Source: Zygnema circumcarinatum SAG 698-1b (lineage: Eukaryota > Plantae > Zygnematophyceae). From it: a stretch of DNA of 64,000 nt. Of this stretch, positions 10,826 to 23,723 are shown one piece after another (the first letter of the stretch is position 1; each line of letters starts with the position of its first letter). The stretch lies in the NCBI GenBank assembly GCA_037447605.1, contig CM074805.1:4497361-4561360 (forward strand), written 5' to 3'. The notes beneath the pieces were generated by a model, which was given only the letters and a program-made list of their open reading frames with translations, searched no databases and had not been told where the DNA came from. The translations under genes were made by a program, and so were the position numbers.

Positions 10826-12124
10826 ATGGCTAAGCCGGATATCTTAGTTTGCGGCAATCAGCATCCAAAGCTTGTGAATGGCTTGTCGGAATTCGCAACT
10901 ATACACAAGGTGGGGGCGGACGGGAATGATTTCGAAGCTCTCGGAAAGATAGGAACTGCCATTCGTGGAGTCGCAACAAGCAGCTTCGTTGGCTTTCCCT
11001 CGCACCTCTTTAGTGCTCTGCCTGCTTTGGAAATCATAAGCTGCTTTGGAGTGGGCACCGACAAGATCGGTGAGAATGTCAATTCCTGCACTTGTTTCCT
11101 TTTGTCAAATTCGAAAGAAACAAACACAGTCCTTGGAGCGATTGAGGTTGTTCCAACCACGTCTGACCTTATTCAACCTTATTTTTTTTCAGTGGTTTGA
11201 GAGGCAATGTTTAATCTGCTGCTTGCCGGGAGGGGGGCTTTGACCAATATTTTGCAGATGTGAAGAAGTCCCTAGAGCTGGGAATAAAGGTGACGAATAC
11301 TCCCGATGTGCTTACGGATGATGTTGCTGACTTGGCCTTGGCTCTTATTCTCGCCACCTCACGGAGAATTTGTGAGGCAGATCGGTATGTTCGAGAGAAG
11401 CAATGGCCAGTCCGCGGGATGATGCCCCTTACAAGAAAGGTCAGTCAGTCAGCAGCAGTCGTTTTCTTTTCGTGGTTTCTTGAGGGATTGTATCGTCCGT
11501 TGCAGCATATTTCGCAGAAAGTGACAGGGCTTCTTTCCAACCATTACTGTCTGTGTTTGGCAGCAAGCATCTTAATGTTTCATAAGGTTGGGAGTGGGAC
11601 AGGTAACCGGCAAGCGAGTAGGTATAATCGGCATGGGTAGAATTGGTTTGGCAATCGCAAAAAGAGCGGAATCTTTCGACTGCAAGTTGGCTTACCAGAG
11701 TCGTTCAGAGAAACCCAACCTCCCCTACCAATTCTTCTCCACAGTGACAGAACTTGCTCGCAATTCCGACTTTCTTGTTGCTGCGTGTCCCCTCACCCCT
11801 GAAACTAAACATATTGTGAACCGAGAAGTGCTTGATGCATTAGGACCCGAAGGAGTCTTAGTTAACATTGCAAGAGGAGGGGTAGTAGATGAAAAGGAGA
11901 TGGTCAAAGCATTGGTAGAGGGCAGGCTGGGGGGGGCCGGTCTTGATGTATTTGAAGATGAGCCGCACGTGCCGGATGAGCTTTTGAGTCTGCCTCAAGT
12001 TGTGCTTCTCCCACACGTGGGAAGTGGGACGGAGGAGACTCGAGCAGACATGGCGGAACTCACACTCGCAAATTTGAAGGCGCACTTTGCGGGGCAGCCA
12101 TTGCTCACTCCTGTGGAGAGTTGA
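10826..12124 (+). CDS. HPPR: Hydroxyphenylpyruvate/glyoxylate reductase (D-isomer-specific 2-hydroxyacid dehydrogenase, HPPR/HPR2-like)
   Basis: Exons 10826-11069, 11258-11439 and 11603-12124 with GT-AG borders. Motifs: [23 protein letters not shown] (NAD(P)-binding), and RGGVVDE, DVFEDEP, PHVGS (catalytic Arg/Glu/His). Confidence 0.92.
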
Positions 12125-12600
12125 AGTTGGGTATGTTCGGAGGTGGAGAAGGGGGCTCTGCTTCCTTTGAAGGTTTGCTGAGGGGACTCGTACACAGACT
12201 CGTGGTTGAGGAGTGTATGCAGCTTCCGTTTAAGCTTGAAGAATGCAGAATTTCTGTGTCGGCAAGTTTTATGGCATTAGTTTTTGGCAGAGGTTTTTGG
12301 AGTTGGTATTGAATATGGGGAACCTATGGCTTGTTAACGATAGCTAGTCAGGGATCCAAGGAAGGTTTTGCAGATGACATGATGTGTGAGCAGATAGGCT
12401 TCAAGCAGAGGGGGAAAAACGGCCGCGTCGCCGTCTTTGCAGGCTACAGTTTAGCCTTTTGTTTTCGTTCTTGCCATTTTTGTAGTTTCCTCTCGTCAAC
12501 GTTTGTTAGATTTTCCAAAATGGCGACCGAAGGAGTTATTGTGTATCTTGTACGTTTACTCCCGGGCATTTATGCTCTCCAATTTTGGTCTCGAGAATCT

Positions 12601-12601
12601 T

Positions 12602-12647
<46 letters not shown>

Positions 12648-12657
12648 NNNNNNNNNN

Positions 12658-12688
<31 letters not shown>

Positions 12689-12724
12689 CTCTCTGCCTCT
12701 CTCGCTCTCTCTCTCTCTCTCTCT
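12601..12724. repeat. (CT)n microsatellite containing an assembly gap (N 12648-12657)
   Basis: Directly visible. Confidence 0.95.
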
Positions 12725-12982
12725 AGTACTACTTCCACATTGAACATGAGGTGATTATCGCCTTAGCTGATTTTGTATAGGAAGCAAATCGCCTCTGGAA
12801 GATGCTTGTCTCTGGACTTATGGAGCGAGAGTCCCAAGCGGACCCCGTCCTCTGCGCCTTCCTGGGCACTTCTGACGACCTCCGCCAACGGTTGGCACAA
12901 CGTGGGCTACAAAATGCGCTGGCGTAGTGCCAACGGCGAATCCGGGTGCACCTCTCTTGCAGCTTTGCAGCAACTTGCAGGG

Positions 12983-13086
12983 AAAACCTTAAAAACTCTA
13001 TACCCTAAAAACCCTACAAACTCTTAAAAACCCTATCCTCTAAAACCCTATCTTCCTGAAAATCTCTAAACCCTACAAGCCCTAGA
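12983..13086. repeat. Degenerate interstitial telomere-like tract (AAAACCCT variants)
   Basis: aaaaccttaaaaactctataccctaaaaaccctacaaactcttaaaaaccctatcctctaaaaccctat...aaaccctacaagccctag. Confidence 0.6.
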
Positions 13087-14852
13087 AATTTCCCCTCGTA
13101 TGAACACACAGGAGGGTTGTATCTCCCACTAGTCTCAACGAGGCAAGGAGTTGTTGAACAAGAGCGAAGGGATGCATGCGAAGTCATTCACATCACCATG
13201 TTGCGCAACAGCGGATGGACCGACCGACGGGTACGGCCTCGAGCTGTACGGCGATCACAATTGGCACAGTTCGATCCTGGCACGTGGGCTTCTTCGATTT
13301 GGGACATGCACCGACCGGTTTGCGGGACCATGTAAAAAATCGTCCCCTATCTAAAAATCCAGAACTAGTATTTGAAATATTAACAATACAAGACACCACA
13401 GTATTAATTCTGTACTGTGTGTACGGAGATTTCGGAGCGATTTTTATTAAGGTCCCCGTTAACGCCACGTCGGAGGAAATCCTAACGGCACAGGGCAGCG
13501 TCAGCAAACAGGAAAATACGTCATCAATTCTTAGAGCCACTGACCAATATATCTCAATATCCTTGACGTATCGAATGTGACCGGCATAACTTGCCGGTAC
13601 CGGGCTGCCGCCGCCGGCGCCGTCAGTTCATAACCATGTTCTCCGCCGGCGACTTTGCCGTCGCCGGCACGATCTGTGTCAGTCGTAGCCGCTTCGCTGG
13701 CGATATTTTCAGGCCTTTCGAGAACGACAAGCTTGCCGCCCTGTTGCACAGCCCATTGCCGTACGGACGGACACCTGTCCATCGATTTACCAATAGTTGT
13801 GGCTTCTGATTGGCTTGCGAGCTTCTTGCTGACGAGTCACTGTGCCGTTATCAGTTTCTCCGATGTGGTCCTAACGTGGTCCTTTTCTCAAATATAAAGC
13901 GGGCCTTGGCTTTGGTACGGTCAAATTCGCGAACGAGCCGCCGCGTCAGCGACATCGCGAGGGAGCCAATAGGCGAGCAGCCCGCGACAACGACCGTCAG
14001 TGAAGCTGGTTCACTCCGTTTTGACGGTGTGAACAGAGGTCCAGCCCGTCATCAGATCCTGCTGGTTTTTGTCGTTTCTAAATTTCTTGGACACGACAAC
14101 AGCAACAGCAACCGTTCCAGTACGACGAAAACGTTTTTTAAGGATTAGCATTTCGGGCATAGACGAAAGAAAAAAAATAGTGTAAATATCTACATTTTTA
14201 AATAGGACAAAATATATTCTTGTATAGGGGTTTTAGAGAAGATCTGGATTTTCGATAGATATATCATAGAAAATACTTACGAGGCATCGGGATCCGGGGC
14301 GTCCTGCACGGTCAGACGAGCAGTTTGAAGCTGGCAGCCCAAAAAAAAGGGATGGCAAAACGGGCAGACCATGTGAACGGGCAGGCACAAAAGAAAATGG
14401 GCCTGCACTCAACAAACCTGGCCTGTGGATGGTGCAAGTTCAATTCCTTGCCCGGCCTTTCAAGCTGAGTTGTCTGGAGGAGTGCAGTGAGGTCGCCTGC
14501 GACCAAGATAGTTTTGGAAACACACTTGGAGTATGTATGTCCTAATGACTCAATCATTACGCTTCTGCTTCATTATATGGTTGTGTCCATCATCTATGCG
14601 GAGATTTTTCTGGAAAATTTTCTGCATGTCACTGCCAAGTCGAAATTGAAATGGGTTGGAGGCAGCGTCGTATGGTTTGGATGAGTTTGAATGATAGAAA
14701 TGATGTGAATTTTCCTGATTAGGCTTGTCTGAAGCATGCTGAAACGTGGATGCTGCGCCTTCTGGGGGAAAGCAGGTTCGGTTTTGTCTTTGCGTTTTGT
14801 CAGTTTTCTGACAATTGCTTTCTGGATTTGACGTTTCTGGCTGGGCAGAATC

Positions 14853-16994
14853 ATGGCTGCCATCAGGATGCATGTTGGAGCCTTCAGCGCTTTCTTTCTG
14901 CTCGCCTTGACACTCCCCTTAGTGCAAGTGGAATCCAAATTGGCACTGCCACCATTTGCAACTCTTGAGAAGCTGACTTGTAAGGCGCTGAAAACGGCCT
15001 TCTTAGACACTGAGGCAGCCTTCATTGAGTTCCTGAAGGTGCACACGCGGAACTATACGGGCTCCGAATTTCTTTATCGGTTGCGAGTGTTTGAATCCAA
15101 CCTTCTGAAAGCAGTGGAGAACCAGCTGAACGATCCTACTGCCGTACATGGCGTCACCAAGTTTTTCGACTTGACGGAGGAAGAATTCGCGGAGCATTAC
15201 TTGGGATTGAAGGCTCCCAAGGGTCTTTCTGATCACCCTGTGGCTCCTCTGCTCCCCACTGACAACCTTCCTGCAGACTTCGACTGGCGAGAGTTGGGCG
15301 CTGTCACTGAAGTGAAGAACCAGGTGAAAATTTGTTTCCACAGTGTTTTTGGTTTCTTTTTGCATGATAGTTATTTGGCAGGTAGTGAAGTTAGCTTTAG
15401 GAATCTAGAGCCAGATATTGGGCTTGAGCCCCGGTCAGCATTGGAGTGAGTCTGAGTCTTCTTCCAAAATTTGCGGATTCAAGGTTGGTCAAGTGTCAAA
15501 TTTTGTCTCTGGGTGTTTGGTTCGGGCAGGGAGTGTGCGGTTCTTGCTATGCATTCAGTGCAGTTGGAGCCATTGAAGGAGCACATTTTCTCAGCACGGG
15601 GAAGCTTGTTAGTTTGAGCGAGCAGCAAATCGTTGACTGCGACCATCAGGTATGGAATATAAGTTCGAATGGACATGATTGTGACCTTCACTCGCTGTTT
15701 CGGTTCGATTTATGAACCATATTCGTAACTACCTACGCAGCCAGAAATAAAAGTGTGAGGGCTTTCTGTGCAAGTCTTTTTAACCAGAGCGGTTAAAGGA
15801 GAGGCTTGGATATGCTGGAATGTTTAGATTTGGCTAGCAATTGTTTGGCTTGTGGAACTTGCTGCACGTTCTCCCTTGTGGTGCTAGGAACAATCATTGC
15901 ATGTATGGGCTTCTGCCGTGTTCCAGCATAATTGTGTTGATACACGAAGAAAAGTGTATAGCTCTGCGTGAATGTGTCGCTCGGCCGTTGCATTCGACTT
16001 TCAATCTATCTAATGTGCTTGTTGGATGCTGGGTGGACAGTGCGACCCAAGTTATTATGATGTCTGTGACTCCGGCTGTCAGGGCGGGCTTATGAACAAT
16101 GCGATCAATTATGTTATCAGCGCCGGAGGATTGGTGAAGGAGACGGATTATCCTTATGCTGGGGTCCAAAATAAGTGCCATTTTGATAGTTCGAACACAG
16201 TGGCGGCATCGGTGGCCAGTTACCAAGTCGTGCCTACAGATGAGAAGCAGATTGCAGCCAACCTCGTCAAATATGGCCCACTTGCGGGTAAGTCGATATC
16301 ATTTTTTATCTGGATCGCTGCCTAAGAGACCTGAGTAGTCTTTTGAGGTTGTATGTTTGTGCTGACTTGTCATGGATGGAATGAACTTCTTCTTGAAATT
16401 AATGTTGTCGAGGAATGGACGTATGCTAGTGAAGCGCAAGTGTGATCGATGTGCTTCTGAAATACGGCATTTCTGTTATTGAAAATAGCCATATTGTCCA
16501 TCGTTTGTATCAGCTCTTGGTTACTCCAGAGTTCTTTTGTAAACTGAGCAGTAAGAAGTTGACAATCTTATCATGTCTGGGGAGCAGGCTTTGGACTCTT
16601 TTGTGTACTTAATCCCTGCTCCTTCAGACCTCTCACAGCTTCTACTCTTTCTTCCTCCTAACTCCTTTTGGGTTGGATGTATCTGGCAGTGGCCATCAAT
16701 GCCGCTTGGATGCAGACATATGTTCGAGGCGTCTCCTGCCCAATTATTTGCAACAAGCGGGCGCTTAACCACGGGGTGCTTCTTGTGGGGTATGGCGAGA
16801 GTGACTATTCACCTGCACGCCTGAAGAACAAGCCTTACTGGATCATCAAGAACTCTTGGGGCCCCAACTGGGGGGAGCAGGGCTTTTACAAAATCTGCAG
16901 TGGAAGGGCGATGTGCGGCATGAATACCATGGTCTCATCCGTCGTGGCGACCACCCTAGAGGCTGCAGAGGCGGAGGCAGTCCAAGTGCAGTGA
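14853..16994 (+). CDS. RD19: Papain-family (C1A) cysteine protease, RD19-like preproprotein
   Basis: Exons 14853-15323, 15530-15649, 16041-16287 and 16690-16994. Signal peptide, I29 prodomain with an ERFNAQ-type motif (E..R...F..N...A...Q), [16 protein letters not shown] (catalytic Cys), [11 protein letters not shown] (His) and WIIKNSWG (Asn). Confidence 0.93.
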
Positions 16995-18022
16995 TGATGC
17001 GGACTGGTGGGGTGATGGTTCCAGTGACCCTTCAGGAGTTTCATGGACTGTGTGGATACGAGATGTATAGAAGAATAGAGCGGTTGTATGTGGTGGAGCT
17101 GGTAGCCACTTGAGCTATGTGTGTTGTTGGTTCCGTAGCAGATGTATGGAGGAGATAGACATAACAGTTATCGCTTTGTAAAATGGTATTCCTTAGCCTC
17201 TGTTGTACAGACGCTACATTTGTGGATTGTGTAATTGCAAGCAGTTGTCTGTATTGATGTGATTTGTTGCCGTTGGAACTTCAATGGAGCGGCAGGTGTG
17301 TTTTCCAGATGAGGTTTTCCAGTTTTCCATATGATGCTTATGGCCACTGAAAGTGTGTTCTTTTTTATAAGCGGTGTTAAGGTCCTCAGGTCTGCGATTA
17401 GCTGACAAGGCATGATATCAACATCAGTCATGGGAACGGTGTGGTTTCTGGATGAAGAGAGATTCGCCAATTGCGAATTATATGCCTTCACTTATGCGAC
17501 AAGGTGGTAGCGATCTAACGCCACCGTCAAATCAATGGCATGTCGCGATTAGGCATGCCAAGTACAAGGACGCAAAAGAACCATTTCCGCATTCTGGGAA
17601 AAAGCTTCCTGCAAGCACATGATAACGTATCATAATGCCAACCTCTTACATCAACGCATCCATTTTCTGGTACAAGTACCCTCAGTTTCTCCGTTTCTAC
17701 ACCAGAGCTGGCATTGATCTCCCTCTTCTCGTAGCAAGGAAATGGCATTGATCCGTTCCGTTCAGTCGCACGGAAACCCGTCCAGTTAAGCACCGGCAAA
17801 GAGTCCCTCCCCTCCCTCCCGCCTTCAGGGCTCCCTCTCCCAGGGCGCGCCCTCGCACGTGCGAGCGCCCGCCCATGTGCTCCCTCCCTCGCGCGCCCTC
17901 TTAGGAGGACCTCTCCTCTCCACTCCCGCCCTGTCACTCCCTCTCATTCTCTCGCAGGTGCCTGCGCACGCTGCAGCGCCGCCTGCGGCTGCCACAGTCG
18001 GCCGAGCCATGCGCCCGCCGCC

Positions 18023-21000
18023 ATGGGGAGGCGCGAAAGTCTATCGAGGAGCCGCGGACGGGCGCAGCGGGGGGGGATGCTGCTGCTATGCTTGCTTCTG
18101 GCGCTGCTGCTGCTGCTCTGCACCTCGTTCCTACTGCCCCTGCGCTCCGCAGGAATGCAGGTCGTGGATGTAAGATGGCTGCCGGATCCGCCCTGCAAAA
18201 CAGCTTACTTTGTTGTATGATAGGAGTTGATGTGTAAACTGTGCCTTTATGAAGGGCTTTGGTTGTTGGATGGGTCTCATGTCTGGTTCCGCTCAGCACG
18301 GACATGTTGCGTTCTGAGATCAACCTTTGAAGCAAGGCTCGTCTTACTCCTCCAGGGTCTTGATGTGGCATCACTTACAGGGACGTAAGGCATTCATATC
18401 CTCGCGGAAACAGGCGTTTAGGGTTGGCAGCAGAAGTCGGGGATCTCCGGCTGAGGTATACGACCCTCCTGATTGCTTAACCTTTTCTGATCAATGCGGG
18501 GCTTGACTCAAGGTGCTGGAATTGTCGTTTCCTCCAAATTTTTCATTTTTCTTTCTTTTTTTTTTTTCTCGACGCGCGTCGTAGTTGTCAGCAATACTTA
18601 TGAATGTGCTTGTATCCTGCTGCAGGATCAGGTAGTCTCTCCGTTCGACGAGATATTGCATAAGGATGCGGTCGTCACAGCCGCCAGTTTTTCGCAAGAG
18701 ATGGTGGATCCGTGGTCCGTCACTCGACAGCTGAGCGATCAAATTAACCTCCTGAAGGCGTACATTGTCATTGCCAAGCAGTCTGCAAACTTCCCTTTAG
18801 CAGCCGAAATGGAGTCTGCTGTCCGTGCGACACAAGCCTTGCTTTCAAGTGCTGCTTCTAGGTGCTTCCCTCTCTCTCGCTCTCTTCTCTGCTGAGGTCA
18901 TATCACCCTCACGTTTCTCATTAGCACACATGGTTTTAAGAGTCTTAAAGGCACAATGGGGCTGGAGAGGAGTAGAGCCGGCTTGATTGGCGAGAGCACC
19001 TCTGGTTATGAGAATGAACGACTCTGTTGTTCCTGAAATAGTGAGTCAAGTTCCGCTAGCTTTAGTTAGAAGCTATGCTGATGCCTTTCCTCCCATTGTT
19101 ACTGGTTGGATTGAGAAACATTGTTTTTAACATTTTTTTTGCAGCTGCTATGTGTTCCTTTTCTGTTATCGAGTGTTGTAGCTTTCTAGTCTCAAGGGCT
19201 GCGGCGGAAGATCTGAAATGGATTGGTTTGTTTGGGTGTTTTAGAGGTGCAACAGTGGGCAGGGGTGAGGCAGAGGAGAACATACGTAAGATGTCACTAC
19301 TTGTGTTCCAAGCAGTGGAGCTTCGGTATGATAGGTAAGTCATTGTTTTTAGTCTAAAATAAGTCTCCCACAAATAAGTCTTCCTTCCCCCCCTCAAAAC
19401 AGCCGTCATTTTTTTTCCCTTTGAAAATGGTGAAAAACATAGGCATTCCATGCTGCCCCATGCTGCGTTATGCTGTGACCTCAGCATCTTTTGAACTCAG
19501 CATGAGTCATGGCTGGATTTAGAAGTCTTACGCTACCCTCGATCTTTGGTCAAACTGGTTGACGTTGCCAATCAAATGACGAGATGGCGCTTTCAATATC
19601 AAGAGCATATTCACCCGTTCTTCAGTGCATTTCCATTTTGAACTTGCGAAGGTTTCAAATGTAATCTCGATTGCTTTCCAGCAAACTCGGAATTGATGCA
19701 TGTATGATCATGAGTTAGTGCGAGTAAACCGTTTGAAGGGAATGGCTGGCAGCGCGGTGCAGCTGGTAAAGCTAACAGAACTGGTGAAGCAGCAGGAGGA
19801 GAGTATCAAGGATGCAAATACAAAGGCAGCATACTTCAGTCAGATGGCAGCTGAAGCCGTTCCAAAAGGCCTGCATTGCCTTGGGATGGAACTCTCTTCC
19901 CAGTGGGTGGAAAGTACACAACTTGCGGCACAATCACGTTTTACAAAGCAGGTGCTACCTTGTTGCCTTCAGATTGTTTCATAGTAAACTCGAACCAAAC
20001 CTCTTCGACGGTTTCTAGCAGTCATATGGTCCTTCGAGTTCTTAAATTCATAATACAACCTGCAACCTTCTTTTGCATGTGGATTTCAGACGATTGGCTG
20101 TATTAAGGAGTGTAGAGGCAATCAAACAGCTTACTCAATTGTTAGTTTGAAATGTTGTTGGTATTTGGATACCATCCACTTAAGTGGCCATCAGTAGCCT
20201 CCGACTCACCTTATCCTGCTCCTCCTTTTTAGTTAGTTTGTTGACTAGTGAAAGCTCTTCCAGGCTCTCTTCTGTATGCCTTCTGTTGGCCTACGCAGCA
20301 CTGACATGGAATTTACATATCTCTGACCTTTGCCTTTGGCAGGTGAAAGACCCTCTTTTGCACCATTTTTGTGTAATTTCGGACAATGTCTTGGCTGTCG
20401 CAACAGTGGTGAATTCAACAGTGGTGAATGCGATACGCCCAGACCTGATCGTGTTCCATGTTACTACGGATTCAGCCACAATTTCAGCTATGCAAGTAGG
20501 CAGCAATTCCCTTTGCCGTTTAATATCTTGTAAATTGCCTGAGGAACTTTATGCCGAGACTCTTGCCTTCCTGTTGTTGCTAGGCTTCTTGATACTTACC
20601 TCTTTCGATATCACTCTCAAAATAAAGGCCTTAAAATTATCAGCCTAGTTCAACTGCGGAGATGTGGGGATTGGGAGAGGATGGAGCAGATGTGGTTTAC
20701 ACTGCACCCTCCAGGAAAGGCTCATATGGAGATACAGACAATAGACTCTCTGGAATGGCTCAATGCATCGTACTCGCCCGTTATGCGACAATTGCAAGAA
20801 CCCCCATCACATGAGTATTACTTCAGGGCTCCCCTGCAGGTGGGAAATATCAATCTCATAATGCCTATGGTACCTTTCTTATTGCCCTTTTGAATAGGTG
20901 GGAGGCAGGGAGGGAAGGAGGGATGGACGCGGAGAGGGTTAGGGATGATTGGAGACCTTTTTGAGTAAGAGAAGATTTGCCTTTATGGACCTTGCAGGAA

Positions 21001-22261
21001 TCGAGCTCACTTTTACGATTCCGGAATCCCAAGTACCTTTCTTTGATGAATCACCTCCGTTTCTACCTTCCTGAAATGTACCCTTACCTCGACCGCGTCG
21101 TGTTTTTGGACGATGATGTGATTGTGCAAAAAGATTTGTCGGCTCTCTTTTCCATCGACCTTCAGGGGTAAGTGGCCCGAGCGAGGGGAGGGAAGGGGGA
21201 AAGTACTCGTGGTAGAAGAGGAAGGGAGGGAGAGCAACAATCAGGACTTGAGATGTACACTTCATCCCCATCCTTACCTCCGAAAGACCCAACAATCAGA
21301 GGAGTTTGTGGAAGTAGATTCTGTAGTACAGGCACTACTGTAGGGGACGCAGTGGGAGCCCCCTTTGAATTGCTTGAATCACTTCACTGGTTTGTTCTGG
21401 AAGTAAGGCCTCTGACTTGTGTAGGAAATGGGAGGGAGATGGGCCAACAGCAATGTGAATGGCGCGGTGGAGACGTGTCTTGAATCATTCCACAGGTTCT
21501 ATAAATATATGAACTTTTCCCATCCACTCATTAGAGACTCCTTCGATCCACATGGCTGTGCATGGGCATTCGGAATGAACGTCTTCGATTTGCGGGCCTG
21601 GAGACGGAACAATCTCACACAAGTATATCATTTTTGGCAGGAGCATGTGAGGCTTCTTCTTTTGCACCCCTCCTTTGCTCTCTTGTTTTCTTGGATTAGT
21701 TTTCGTTGGAAGCTGGGATGCAGCATGATGGCCTTCTCTTCATTCTCTTTCCACCTTCCCTCTCCACTCCATAGACCCGCCCTTCTCCGTTGCACCATTT
21801 CTCGTCTCCACCCTCGTTTCCACTCTCCTACCTAACGGCTCCCTCCCCTTCCCTCTCTTCACCTCTCTCCTCTGCTCTCCCCTCTCTCCTCTCCCATCTG
21901 GTTCCGACTTTTCCTTTCTCCCTCCTTCCATGCCCTGTTCTCCCACTGCATTCTAACGGTTTACAGTGCGTTCTTGCCTCCTTCTCAGAACCATGACCAC
22001 AACCTTTGGAAGTTAGGCACTCTCCCTCCGGGGCTCCTCACCTTCTATGGCGTAACTCTCCCTCTTAACCGCTCTTGGCACGTTCTCGGGCTCGGATACA
22101 ATGAGAAGCTGGAGGAGAAGACCCTGAAGGAGGCAGCAGTGCTTCATTGGAATGGCAACATGAAGCCATGGCTGAAGATTGCGATTGGAAGGTACAAGCA
22201 CTACTGGGACCTGTACATTGACTTCTCCGACAAAATCATACAACAATGCAACATCCACTGA
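18023..22261 (+). CDS. GAUT: Galacturonosyltransferase (GT8), GAUT10/11-like
   Basis: N-terminal type II membrane anchor (18023-18169), then exons encoding RQLSDQINLLKAYIVIAK, AAEAVPKGLHCL, DNVLAVATVVNSTV, FRNPKYLSLMNHLRFYLPE...VVFLDDDVIVQKDL (DxD), and LWKLGTLPPGLLTFY...LHWNGNMKPWL, with a stop at 22261. Confidence 0.93.
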
Positions 22262-23723
22262 TAGGGTTAGGTCTGGAGTCCATCACGCTGTTAGAATTTG
22301 TATTTAAGGGAGCTTAACATTTTTGGAGAAGTGAATTGTTTCGATTTGAGATCTCTTTGTGCATAGATAGATAGCAGGCTCTCCTGCTTTCGGGTTATTA
22401 TTTTTTATCTGTAGTAGTGCCCATGGATAGGGTAGGGCCCATTTGTGGAATAAGGTGTCTTTGATAGAACTCCTGCAATAAAGGAAGCAAAATGCTTGTT
22501 TCAGGCTTTGATTGAAATCAATATTTATCAGGAGTTGCAGCCTAATGCTTCTAGTATTCTTTTTGGTTCCTTCTGAAGGAGGAACTCCACCTGAGGGGAC
22601 TTGTGGCTCCTTTGGCAATTGCTTGGAAGATTTTCCTCCTGTCTACTGTGGGCTTTTTCAAGTATTGGGAAATGGCTTTGTGTAACTGTATCCATGTTCA
22701 ACTCAGGACGCGTTTCAGTTACACCTCCGTAACTTGATAACATGCGTATGTAGACAGCTGGCTGCTATTTATCAAGCCTGTCTCAACCGGCAATTGGAAG
22801 GTCTGCCCTTACCTACATCTGCTGTACTTGATGAATTCGAACGAAGGGGCAAGCCATCCCTGCTTAATGTATGAGTCCCAGCCTAAAAAAGGACCATGCA
22901 ATGATGATGCCATGATGCCATGGTACTGATGATGATGATGTGTTCAGACGTTGCTACATTGCATCCAAGGGTGATGGAATACGCATTGTCTGTCAAAAAG
23001 GAATGACCTCATTCATACGGCCGCAGTGGAGCCCTCAGGGACCAAAACTTGGGCTTTATTTTCTAGGAGGGGTCTCAACATTGTCTAGAAAGCTAACCTT
23101 TTCGAAGATTCAAAGCTTCGAAACTGTTCAAAGTTTTAATGGAATCCGAGTACGGTTCTGAAGGTTTCTGAACCGCCCCTCGCACGGTTGGTTTAAAGAC
23201 TCGAGGACTTAAGAATGACTGATTGACAGCCAGAGTTGGAAAAGTCGATTCGTATTCCAGAAACCATAATAAGCAAAGCCAATGCCAATCCATGAGCCGC
23301 GCTTTCTAACAAGCAGAGGTGGATGAAATTGTTATTTCTTGTTACAAAGGGGAAGAGAGAAAAGATGGAAAGGGAAAAAAATTGTTAAAGCCTTTTCGAG
23401 AGCAGGTTAGTTGCCAATTCGTTCATATTTCTCAAATGGTCGGAGCACATGTAGGCAATGACGTCACGTCACGCCACGCTGATATTTCGTCAGCGCGTGA
23501 GCCCGCGGAAAAAGGCGGGTAGGAACAATCCTTTGATTTCTCTCAGGATTGACGGGTGATGTGAGAGAAAAAGGCCTGTGACCCTATGAGAGAGAGTGAG
23601 AAGAAAAAAAAAGGGCAGTGAGAGAGAGAGAAAGGGCAGTGAGCGAGAGAGAGAGAGAGACTGAAAGAGAGACACGTGGAGAGTAGGAGAAGAGATACTG
23701 GAACCGGTCTTTTGCTGCCAATC

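Noticed and set aside
12773-13027. GC-rich ORF-like segment next to the telomere-like tract
   Set aside because: No recognisable domain in any frame and no coherent exon chain.
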